Below, piece by piece: positions 39,301-49,217 of a stretch of DNA of 64,000 nt. This DNA comes from Azolla caroliniana. Lineage: Eukaryota; Plantae; Polypodiophyta. The notes beneath the pieces were generated by a model. It worked only from the letters and a program-made list of their open reading frames with translations. It made no database searches and was not told the origin of the DNA. Numbering within the stretch: position 1 is the stretch's first letter; each line of letters begins with the position of its first letter. The position numbers and the translations under genes are program-made. The stretch spans positions 11,098,001 to 11,162,000 of the forward strand of contig JBHGNT010000005.1 in assembly GCA_043228905.1 (NCBI GenBank), read 5' to 3'.

Positions 39301-39985
39301 TATTTGCCTTCACCTTATCAAAAACATCGGAGAATTCTATATATTTCTTCGGTAGTTGGACCCCCGATTCTTGTGAGCTCGATGTGGGAGTTGCTAAAAC
39401 TGCGAACACCAACATGTCTTCCTTTCGTCCTTCCTCACGTAATTGATGTATAGAGATTGTCGAAATCTTTTGGAATGTCATATCCTTTGTTGGAGTTTTA
39501 AGAGGCTCAGAATGTATTGTGACTTCTTCAATGGTTCTTTTTCTCCAATCAATAGTTGGGTTATGTAGCTCAAACCATGGAAGATCAAGAACTAGGGAGT
39601 GCTCTGGACTACTAATGATGTTGAATGAGATGACACTAGCCAAATTGCCTAGGACTACATGAATTGGTTCAGACTCTTCAACTATATCACCTGATGCTAT
39701 GGGGCGTCCATCAATGACTTTGACTGACACTGGGCTTGGGAGCTTATGCAACTGAATTTTATGCATTACAGCAAACTCACGATCCATGAAACAAGAGTTG
39801 GCTCCAGAGTCTAAGAGGGCAGAAGCTGGGACTTGATGGCACCTAGATGTGTTAAGCTCAACTTGTGCAGAGAAAAATCGACTAACTTGACCGGATGAAA
39901 TGGAACCACAACTAGGGATGGACGTTACATGCCTAGGGTTGTCCAACCAAATGGCTCTGATTTTGGCCGGACTTACTCGTTTAAC
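36341..39985 (-). CDS. pol: Pol polyprotein (protease, RT, RNase H, integrase, chromodomain), open reading frame; reached by -1 frameshift
   Basis: LLDSGA, YLDD, EADASD, HHCC and DDE integrase motifs, GPY, YEVVAILDSK...YLVDWLGY...TWEP chromodomain; stop codon lies inside the 3' LTR. Confidence 0.95.
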   Translation of the reverse strand, partial: VKRVSPAKIRAIWLDNPRHVTSIPSCGSISSGQVSRFFSAQVELNTSRCHQVPASALLDSGANSCFMDREFAVMHKIQLHKLPSPVSVKVIDGRPIASGDIVEESEPIHVVLGNLASVISFNIISSPEHSLVLDLPWFELHNPTIDWRKRTIEEVTIHSEPLKTPTKDMTFQKISTISIHQLREEGRKEDMLVFAVLATPTSSSQESGVQLPKKYIEFSDVFDKVKANRLPEHRPYDCPIDLQPGKEPPWGPIYNLSPTELEVLREYIDENLANGFIQHSRSPAGAPIFFVKKKDGSLRLVVDYRGLNKVTIRNRYALPLISSLLERLNGAKYFTKLDLRGAYNLVRICPGNEWKTAFRTRYGHFEYTVMPFGLTNAPTVFQHMENDIFRDFLDIFVIIYLDDILIYSKTQEDHDIHVRQALQRLREYGLYAKLEKCSFDQRQVEFLGYIVSSHGISMDPAKVQTVLDWQTPQSVRDVQCFLGFANFYHKFIKDYSKIVLPLTQVTQKNQPFVWSINANSAFEGLKQAFTSAPILMHVDPLKRFILEADASDFALGSVLSQISNDGQLHPVAFHSRKFEAAEINYEIHDKELLAIVDSFQQWCHFLEGFSQQIIVYNDHKNLTYFQSARVLSRRQARWAQFLTRFDFVILYRPGRQQGKADALSQRSYMELQPGEAAFESQKQILLGPDRLRLMTFHAIDTPEDSSLLNSIREHIETDEFAQDILSHIIPDRASCSQSQNPRQDYNQFNWHDGLLFRQNLLYVPDGPSRLQVLQQCHDTPMAGHFGIHKTLALISRRYWWPQLRHFVTDYVRSCDTCCRSKKPRHHPYGLLQPMPILESPWKSISLDFITDLPPSKGFDSILMVVDRFTMMAHFLPCTKAITSQETAELLMREVFRHHGLPDDIISDRGPQFISKFWRHMFKLLHTSCKLSSSYHPETNGQSERTNQTVEQYLRCFVNYQQDDWVDLLHLAEFAYNNSEHSSTGYFPFFANIGYHPRWTMLEHPELPTNTAAEDRLTRLQEVQDILLHHLCDAQNTQKKVADRHRRDSSTTSQVGDRVWLLQGRIKTTRPCCKLDYQHFGPYVISGKINDVAFRLDLPPHMHLHPVFHVSLLEPYTTSSIPGRLTSPPPPIEISDGSKYEVVAILDSKIVRNKLYYLVDWLGYTPNDRTWEPLENLANASEMVAAFHNKYPHKPSPKSCLPTRGIHRQKGGIMS
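39941..39985 (-). promoter_or_regulatory. Programmed -1 ribosomal frameshift signal
   Basis: G_TTA_AAC in the gag frame, 6-nt spacer, 11-bp stem GTCCGGCCAAA/TTTGGTTGGAC; the -1 frame is the pol ORF. Confidence 0.8.
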
Positions 39986-41091
39986 ACATCATCTAATTGG
40001 CTCAAGACATCAAATGTATTTTTATGACAGGGACTACCAGGCCTACTTGGGTTACGAGAAGGCGGGGCAGAAATTGAGATGGGATTGTCCTGAGCACTTA
40101 CTTGGTTAACTTGTCGTCGTGGTTTATGTGGACAATTCACAGCAATATGCCCTAGACCACCACAATAGAGGCATAGATGATTCGCTCGCCGTCATTGCTT
40201 TTCAGCATCCGATAATGGTCCTCGACGTTGTGTTGTCTCGATTTCCATTGTAGTAGGCCCTTCCACCACACTTGACTTTGATACTTGGGGTGGAGTTGCA
40301 ACCACCGAAGCATATGTTTCTGTTGGTCGAAAACGTAACATTTGTTGGTGCTCAGAACGCCGCTCAAATAAGCGATTGTCACATCGCACGGCCCGACTTA
40401 CTGCTTCAGTAAGAGATTTTGGATCATCATGGAAGGTAAAAAGTAAATCCTTCACATCATTGCGCAGACCTTGACGAAATTGGTCCATTAATGTTGCCTC
40501 GTCCCATGGAATATCACATGCTAGAAGGCGAAAATCTGCAGCATAAGCGAAAGTAGGATGATCTCCTTGTCGTAATCGCCGAATTTTGTTTATTGCAGTC
40601 CTCATACTATCAGTGTCTCCAAAGTTGGCTTGGAACTCATTAATAAACCCTTCAAAATCTTCTAATAATGGTGAGTGCTTCTCTAGGAGTGGTGCAAACC
40701 ACGCTAATGCGGTACTCGTTAACAAGGTACTAACTAGACCCACATGAGCAACATCAGTTGGGTAACGGCTAGGATGCAATTTAATCACAAGCCGTACCTG
40801 ATTTAAAAATCCACGAAACTGAGACCTTGTACCATCAAACTTGGCCGGCAGACTAACCTTGGGTTCCTTCGTCGAGGTTTGAACTTCCGCCGCTTGTCGT
40901 TGCAATAGAGTAGTCTCCAATTGATGCACCCGTTGAGATAATTCATCATATTGTTGTACTTTTTCAGCACTTACTTGTTGTAGGTCTCCCAACAATCTTT
41001 GATTTTCATGATCTAGTGCCACGAATTTGGTTGTTAGCATTTCGAGCTCGGAGAGAACATGCATATATTCTTGCTTGCTGACGGACTCCAT
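39973..41091 (-). pseudogene. gag: Chromovirus Gag with a single premature stop at 40192-40194
   Basis: PAKFDGTRSQFRGFLNQ capsid domain; the frame continues past TGA through CLYCGGLGHIAVNC to TAA at 39973-39975. Confidence 0.9.
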
Positions 41092-41171
41092 AGTTGCAAT
41101 AGAAAATTGCTAGATTTGGTTGAATAAGGTTAAGATAAGAAGAAGAAGTTGGAGAAGAAGAAAAGAGATAG

Positions 41172-41182
41172 ATTCGGTTCAA
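41172..41182 (-). promoter_or_regulatory. Self-priming PBS (TTGAACCGAAT)
   Basis: Complementary to an 11-mer in the LTR (36058-36068; 41351-41361 with one mismatch) about 33 nt downstream of the start of TATAAATA. Confidence 0.85.
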
Positions 41183-41235
41183 ACTGTCATGACTTGAGAA
41201 TAGGAGAGAGAAAAATAAGATGACAGTAGAAGGTA

Positions 41236-41271
<36 letters not shown>

Positions 41272-42025
41272 ACACTAGAGATGGAAAGAGAGTTTATATT
41301 ATAAGAGAGCAAGGATTACAAAGAGTAGGCTAAGGGGATACAAACTGGTGTTGAACTGAATGAGTTGTGATGAATGAATAGACACCTATTTATAGGTCCT
41401 TATGGAGTATTCTGGAATGTTCTAGAATGTTCTAGAATACTCTAAATGTCTTGTAATAACTAATAATACATTTATTATAACTATACATCATATATGTTAG
41501 TATAATGGTTAAAGGTCTAACATATAGACCAAGACGTCTTGAGGTCGAATCCTTGTAAGGCCAAAATGTATGTCGTCATGACACCCAAGAAGTTTTGAGC
41601 TGAGGCGTTGATGACGGCGACCTATGTGATAAACAGATCTTCCTTAGTACCCTTGGGAGGAGACTCACCTCAGAAAGTATATGGATAGGTAAAGATGTAT
41701 CTTACTGGTATCTAAAGGTGTTCACGTGTCTCACATACGTGCATGTGGCGAAGGAAAAGAGAGCAAAGCTGGATCCAAAGTCCCGGCCATTCATATTGTA
41801 AAAGAATATGTGTGCGGAAGCGTATGCAAACACAGAGTACACAGTTCGGAGAATGACAGTTTGGTAAAACAGGGAAAACGCAAAGATGGAGATGGAGAGG
41901 GAGAGAGAGAGAGAGAGAGAGACAACTCAGTTCTATTTCAAAATAATGACACTCTGTACATACTTTGTGCTCAGTGAGCCCTTTTATACAAGCCCTGACT
42001 ATCGGGCTAACACAAGTTTTACTTA

Positions 42026-42364
42026 CCGGCCGGTTTCCGGTTTTGCTTGCCGGCCCGATTCCGGATTGCTTGCCAGCTGGTTCCAGATTGCTTGTCGGCC
42101 GGTTTCTGGTTTTTGGGAACTTAGCCACCATCATCCATCAAGACAAAGTGGCCAAAGTGCTCTTAGCACAAATGAAAATGAGGGTCTCAAGGTGCTTATA
42201 TAGCCAGGGCCTTAAGTTTCCTATCTATGTGGGATAAATAATAGTTCTATTTTCCCTATCTTCTATAACATGCCATTAAGCTAATATAAAGTACTTATTT
42301 TATTTTATTTATTATTTTTATTTTTATTTTTATTTTTACATAGTGTGAGAAGATTCACACGACA
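42026..42364 (-). mobile_element. Fragment of a third member of the TGTCGTG (4-bp TSD) family
   Basis: Begins TGTCGTGTGAATC on the minus strand and contains TATCCCACATAGA, shared with ~6010 and ~48130. Confidence 0.65.
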
Positions 42365-43858
42365 ACGGTGCCCACATTGTTGGTTTCGAGCATAAACATC
42401 CTCCCTTCACAGCGCCCTTGCGCGATTACTTTGCCCTCCTCTTCTATGAAGCACCCTAGATGCGTGAATCAAACTTGCATCCATTGGTCGATGATCTGTC
42501 CGACCGACACCAGGTTCTTCGTTATTGTTGGGATGTGTAGCACGTTCAAGAGTTTCCCTTTCTGCCTAACATGGCCGAGGGGAACTTCACCAACATGTTT
42601 GATGGTATGCGGGGTGTCATCTCCCGTTTCAACTACCCCTTGCTTTTCTGACTTCTCCAAGTACGAGAACCATTCCTCGTGACTCGTCATATGATTTGAC
42701 GGTCCACAATCAACATACCACATCTCGCTCGATTTTGAGGTGTTCACAGCCATTGAATTGGCCTTGTGTTTCATTACGAAGGCAGGGCCCGATCCATTTC
42801 CTCATCGTAGTGCGATTTTTGACGCCTTCCTGCGTCTCTCCCGTTTGGTCCGGCTTTGTCTGAATCGGCTTGTTTCTTCAAGCACTCGCTCTCCCTGTGG
42901 CCTTTCTTCCCATAGTTCCAGCATTCCGTTGCGGCCTTATCTTGCCGGCTTCCAACGCCGCCATGACTCCCCCTGGTTCAGGAGGGTTCGGAATTGTTCT
43001 TGACATTTTGATTATGCCGTCCATTCAGCTCTTTTCGGCCGCCTCCATTATGCGTTGATCCGCCTTGTTCACCACAACCACGGGGCCTATCTACCTCCGT
43101 GTACAACATCTTGTCATCGGCGTGCATACTCGTCGATGCACCTGCGTGATTTTCCTCCACGAGCAACATTGACTGAAGCTCAAAGAACGTACGCGTATTC
43201 TCCCTCGTACAGACCGCCGTTCGGAACGATCCGAACTTTGATGCTAACCCACCAAGACAAACCTGCACCATCTCATCTTCCTCGACGCTAATCAGCCACC
43301 GACATATCTCGTTGTCGAACATTGCTCAACTCCTGCTTGAGTTGAAGCTTCCTAGCTATAGTGCTAGCGGCGAAAATCTTCTTGAGATTCGCCCATGCAT
43401 CCTTTGGCGTCTTGGCATCCCGAATATGGCTCAATAGTTGGTCGCTCACACAAGACGCAAAGCAGTAGAGAACTCTGCTTGCTGTTTGTTCTCAAGACCA
43501 AAAATCGTTGTGTGTCGATTCGGGTGATGTGTCATTATCTCCTTCGACATAACTCCAATAGCCATGACCAAGCAGGTATTGGTGCATCTTGTACGACCAA
43601 GATTTGTAGTTGCTCCTGTCGAGCTTCTCAGTCGGTAGCGAGCTTCCCATTCCTCTGTCCATTTTGTTGTCTTATCTTTTCCGAAAGTCAAGAATAACAA
43701 CTCAACTATGTCTATGTCGCAAGCTTTTCTGTCGGCTGGAGAGGACTTCAACCCTCGCACTCTGATACCATGTAAAAGAATACGTGTGCGGAAGCGTATA
43801 CGAAACACAGAGTACACAGTTCGGAGAACGACAGTTTCGTAAAACACAAAAAATGCAG

Positions 43859-43859
<1 letters not shown>

Positions 43860-43894
<35 letters not shown>

Positions 43895-44250
43895 TATATT
43901 ATCATCTTCGGAGGTCAAATATAACCTATGAGACCAAAAGTATTACATTTCACGTGATACATGTGAAAGTGAGTAGTGACTCTCGATGTTCAAAAACTTT
44001 ACCAATGAATGTTGCAATCGAGAGTGCACATTGTGGTTGTGAGAGGAATTCATGCAAAGATTGGGCTTGGTCGAAGAGATGTGGAAAGCATGGTTGAATA
44101 TGATCAAAGGCAGACCATTGTATCAAAGTGTGATACTCAGACTCGCGAACTTGTGTAGGGCAAAGTGTGCATAGCCGACCACTCTCATCACTTGTGCCCC
44201 AACGCCTTGTTTCACATCGCAGTGCATGTGAGGCAAGTTGCATGGAAGCA
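43860..44250 (-). mobile_element. 5'-truncated non-LTR retrotransposon (RTEX/L2-Crack-type ORF2 C-terminus) with (ATCT)n tail
   Basis: LASHALRCETRRW...RLCTLC...ESEYH zinc-finger end, stop at 43950, short 3' UTR, about 8 tetranucleotide repeats; absent from the partner LTR near 41885. Confidence 0.8.
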
Positions 44251-44967
44251 ATGGTGATGGAGAGAGAGAGACAACTCAGTTCTATTTTAAAATAATGACA
44301 CTCTGTACATACTTCGTGCTCAATGAGCACGTTTTATACAAGCCCTGACTATCGGGCTGACACAAGTACTGACAGTACTAGACTTCTCCTAAATGAGCCT
44401 ACTACACTAACTCTCAAAATTATTCCTTACGAGGAATACCATACTAACGGCCTTTCAGTTTACGCACTGATACAACCACATTGTGCGTACTATTTTATGC
44501 ACCCAGTCTATGTACTGGGTTACGCATCGTGTTACGCACCCAATGTTGAGCTTGTCACTCAACACATATTCCTTGGATACGGTGATGAGTTCGGTTACCG
44601 GGTGTGAGATCTGGTCGACAGGAAGGTGTTCTAGAGTTGGGACATAGTTTTCATGGAAGACAGGACCATTGCTGATTGGGAGTCGGAAAAGAAGATGATC
44701 AACTCCGGATCATCCAATGAAAACTGGTTTGAGGACACAAGGACCTACCCGGTTGAAAACCGGATGTTGGCCGGTAACTAGAGGACACTCGACGAACCAA
44801 CCAGATACAAACAAGAAACCGAACCGACTAAAGAAGAAGAAGAAGAAGACATCGGAACTGGACAAGATCCTGACTCGGATTCGGATTCGGAACAAACAGA
44901 GGAACCAGCAGTCAAAAACCAAGGACGGAGATATCCTCTCCGAGAGAGAAGAGCCTCCCAGAGATTT

Positions 44968-45307
44968 TGTTACCCGTAAGAATATACTAGGAGGCAGAAG
45001 GGTATGCGTAACGATGTGGTTGATGTGTATGTCTAAAGTAAATGAGTGTGTGAGGATGAGTATGTGTATGGACACATGCACAATTATGTGCATGTGTACA
45101 AGAATGTGTAACGGTCTTATTTATAACGGTCATGTAACCGTTACATTGGATGTATTATATAAACGCCCTGGTATGTAATGAAATATACATTTTTCCCTCT
45201 CATTTTGTGTCATTTCCTATTTGTCTTTTTATTTAGCTCTCTCTTTATCGTAACCCCCTTGGGAGGGGGGTGAAGCCATTCTAGGCCACCCCCCCACCCC
45301 ATTAACA
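44968..45307 (+). mobile_element. Solo LTR (340 bp)
   Basis: TGTTA...TAACA, TSD GATTT, TATATAAA near 45156. Confidence 0.88.
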
Positions 45308-47936
45308 GATTTCCGGATGCAGAGCATGTTTTGCTAACCAATAATGAGGGGGAGCCGGAAAGCTTCGAAGAAGCAAAGAGAGACACCCACAACCGCAAGT
45401 GGTTGAGTGCCATGAAGGATGAGATGGATTCCCTACATGAGAACCACACATATGAACTGACGGAGTTGCCGAAAGGGAAGAGAGCACTCCAGAACAAGTG
45501 GGTGTACAAGCTGAAATCAGGAGATGCTGGAAATCCACCAAGGTATAAGGCCTGAATTGTGGTGAAGGGCTTCCAGCAGAAGAAATGAGTGGATTTCAAC
45601 AAGATCTTTGCCCCGATAGTAAAGATGACATCCATCCGGACGGTATTGAGCATAGCGGCAAGCATGGACCTCGAGGTAGAGCAACTGGACATAAAGACGA
45701 CATTCCTATATGGCGACCTCGATGAAGAGATCTACATGCATCAACCGGAAGGATTCTAGATGCATAAACCGGGAGGACCTGGTGTGTCGGCTGAAAAAGA
45801 GCTTATATGGATTGAAGCAAGCCCCCCGACAATGGTACCGGAAGTTCGACTCCTTCATGACCGACCAAGGGTACCACAAAACGCAAGCCAGTCATTGCGT
45901 GTTTGTGAAGAAATTTGACAGAGGAGATTTCCTGATACTCCTCCTATATGTGGATGATATGTTGATTGTCGGATGAGACCAAGTTAAGATAAGGATGTTG
46001 AAGAAGGCTCTAAACCGGACCGGTCGAAGAAGTTGTTGCAGTTATCACAGGAGAAGTACGTGACAAAGGTGCTTCAATGGTTCAACATGTCGGAGGTAAA
46101 GCCGATTGGATCAATACTTCTGGCAAACTGCAAGTTATCCGGAAAACAAAGTTAGAGGAAAAGGGAGGAGAAGACGGATATGATGAAGATACCATATGCC
46201 TCTCGTCGTCAGAAGCTTCATGTATGCAATGGTATGTACCCGGCCGGATATCAAATATGCAGTCGGAGTGGTAAGCCGGTTCATGAGAAATCACCGAAAA
46301 GAGCACTAGAATGTGGTCAAGTGGATACTCTCATATATGAAAGGCACCTCAGTTATGTGCCTCTGGTTCGGCTCCACTAATCCCCAACTTGATAGATTCA
46401 CAGAATCAGATATATTGGCTAATGCGGATAAAAGCCGGTCTACATTCGGATATGTCATGACTTATCCAGGGGGAGTTGTTTCATGGCAGTCGAGGCTGCA
46501 GAAGACGGTTGCATTGTCAAGCACCGAGGCAGAGTACATGGCAGCTATAGAAGCCTACAAGCAGATAATCTGAATGAAGGACTTCTTCGAAGATCTAGGA
46601 ATCCAACAGGAGGAATACTGGCTCTACTGCGACATTCAAAGTGTCACCCAGCTTGCAAAGAATGCGGCCTACCATTCCCGGAGGAAACATATACAACAAA
46701 GGTACCACTAGATCCGGGAGAGAGTAGAAGATCAAGAGTTCGTGCTGACGAAGATCCACACGAAGGAGAATGGGTTGGACATGCTGACCAAGGTGTTCAC
46801 AACTGACAAGCTGGACGCATGCCGAAAGCGGATTGGGCTGGCGAGACATCCCCTGTTGTAGTGAAGGGGGAGATTGTTGGGAAATCGGTCCCTCCGGATG
46901 GGATCCGGTTATGAATGAAGGAGACCCAATGAGAACAGGAAGAGATCCAGAAACCGGATCGGATGGACCTGGTGAGAACCGGAAGAGAAGACATATTTGT
47001 AAATATGTCTTGAGTAAGCCTATTGAGGTTATATCTATAAATAGCCCTAAGGTCATATAAGTATAAATATGACTTAGGGAAATCACTTAGAAATGTGTTG
47101 TTGTCATATTGTTGTATGTGTATTACTGTTGTATAGAGAATAATAGATAGAGCGAGAGAGGAGATACAGAGCGGAACTCTATTGTAACTGCCGCTTGGCG
47201 AAGAAACAGAGCTCGAGGTTGTTGCCTCCAAATCTCTAATTGTACCTTTCTCTTATAGTGATAGTTTGGAGTTTGTGGGCTCCCATGGTTTTTCCCTATT
47301 AGGGTTTTCCACATAAACATCCTATGTACTCTCTTTTTGGTGTACAAGTATTCCTCTCTACTTCCCATTCCTCTGTTTCATTCTCATCGAAGTGATTCAA
47401 GACTCGGTTATGGCTGAGCAATATTCCGTGCTATTCTCCACACTCCCATAATGCCGCAATGCTCTCCTCATTTAGTTTATGGAAAACTCTGTCCTCTTTG
47501 TGGCGGTTCTCCCAGTCCTCCCAGTAGGTGTGCAATTCCATTGCTTGCATAGTCCACACCGCCAAATACCATCCCTGCCTTTATGGTAGAGTACACCTTC
47601 GACTAGACAGAAATTACGACTCTGGACTGCCAGTCATTTCTTTTCTTCCGTCCATAGCTATGGTGGTGGCAGCCCCGTGGTCAAAAAGTATCTCCATGAG
47701 CCAACGATCCGGAAAATTATTTTCTTCTCGTGACACCGTGGTCACAACCCGCAGAATATCAGCGTCGGGAAAGTAATCATCTTGTCACAACGTGTTATCA
47801 CCGTTATCTATTTTGCTTAAGAATTAAGCTACGACATGTTGTGTACCCAGCCGATGTTGAATCACGAAGTCGAACTCTTGGAGCAGCAACATCCATCTAG
47901 CGAGCTTCCCTGTCAACATATGCTTCTCGACCACGT

Positions 47937-49217
47937 TGTCGTGTGGTTTTTCACACACAATATGAAAACTAGTAAAATAATTATTTAAGATTAGCTTAAT
48001 GTATTCATATAGATAGGTGTCTTCAAAAGTTTTATAGCGTATTTTACTACGCATGAAACGGATAAACAAATATCAAGCTATGTGAGTGTGAAGTTTGAAG
48101 AAGAAGAAAGAAAAGACAAAACTGTGCGATATCCCACATAGATAGGACAACAATGGAACCCAAGATATATAAGGGAAACCAAAACATATTTGTTCTATCA
48201 ATGTGTGGAACACAGAATGTTCAAGGTGACTTGGGCTACATTGTCTGGTGTGCACGCTTCGGGTGTACGCGTGAGTGCATGGCCGCATGGACGTCTTCGG
48301 ATGTACGCGCGTGTGCAAGTTTCGGGCGTACGCGTAGACGTTTCGGATGGACGCGTATGTGCGGATGAGCGCGCGGATGCGTGGATGCGTACACTACGGC
48401 GCCGTCGAGACTTTTGCGCACGGATGCGTACACGGTGCGGGTTGGACGCGCGCGCGCGTGGATGCGTACACTACGGCGCGGTCGGGACGCGCGCATGCGT
48501 GGATGCGTACACTACTACGCAGTCGGGACTTTTGCACGTGGACCCGTCTACGGTTTGGTTGCGACGCACGTACGGATTGCGCACGGGCTAAACTTTATGG
48601 ATGATTGTGTCACTTGACCGAATTATACGGACAATCGCATGCAACCAAAAGCCAAGGCCATGCAACGAAAAGTAAAAGGCATGCATCTAAAAATGGAAGC
48701 ATGCAACTAAAAGCATAGACCATGCAACTAAAAATAGAGGCCATCCAATTAAAAGTGAGCATGCAAAGTAACATTGGGGAGGAGGATCAACGAGGAGCTC
48801 GATATATGTCCCATTTTTTCCCTCTTAGTTTTTTTTTTTTTTTTTCCCTTCTTTCTTCTTCCCTCTCGGATTCGAGAAGAAAATTATCTCACATATTGAT
48901 ATCAAACTCCTAGCTTTGTGGACTTGATCTTTCTTGTCAAAAATTATCTTTGGTATTCATATCGGACCACTCCTTGCAGGGTTGTTGGCTCCTTTCTTTG
49001 AAAAACTAATCTCCCATTTCCATACCCAACCCATTGTAACACGATTCTGAAATTATAAAGAATTGATTTTCTTTTGCAATAAACTAATGATTTGTCTCTC
49101 CCACTTGTCTTATGCTTAAAACTTGCTTGTGTTGTATGTGTTGCACTAAATCCTTCTAGTCCAGAACCCCGGCGGTTCCGTCTCACGATCCGCACATAGT
49201 GACGGATTTTCACGACA
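47937..49217 (+). mobile_element. Solo-LTR-like insertion (1281 bp) with 4-bp TSD ACGT
   Basis: TGTCGTG...TTCACGACA; ACGT at 47933-47936 and 49218-49221; the last ~58 bp are nearly identical to 6830-6887. Confidence 0.85.
48250..48590. repeat. CpG-dense degenerate tandem repeat (GCGTGGATGCGTACACTAC core, three copies)
   Basis: Copies near 48379, 48456 and 48497 within a CG-rich tract. Confidence 0.8.

Larger units (their letters stand above)
35876..41583 (-). mobile_element. Tcn1-like chromovirus (Ty3/gypsy), full length, young
   Basis: LTRs 35876-36348 and 41185-41583, perfect TSD CCCAA, PPT at 36349-36363, self-priming-type PBS, chromodomain. Confidence 0.95.
41797..44564 (-). mobile_element. 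Internally deleted copia element E
   Basis: TSD CATAT; partial 3' LTR 41797-~42025; gag-PR 42365-43660; PBS ending at 43770; 5' LTR 43771-44564. Confidence 0.9.
24853..47442 (+). mobile_element. Ty1/copia Tork-like element 2, host to four direct insertions
   Basis: 5' LTR from 24853 (deleted after ~25170), 3' LTR 46875-47442, perfect TSD CTCCC; coding remnants at 25172-25445, 34561-35875, 41584-41796 and 44565-46860. Confidence 0.92.

Noticed and set aside
40192-40194. Stop-codon readthrough signal in chromovirus gag
   Set aside because: The TGA falls in an Arg run before the zinc knuckle and is best explained as CGA>TGA deamination.
48073-48617. Cluster of overlapping ORFs on both strands
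   Set aside because: Artefact of a stop-poor CpG repeat; no protein motifs.
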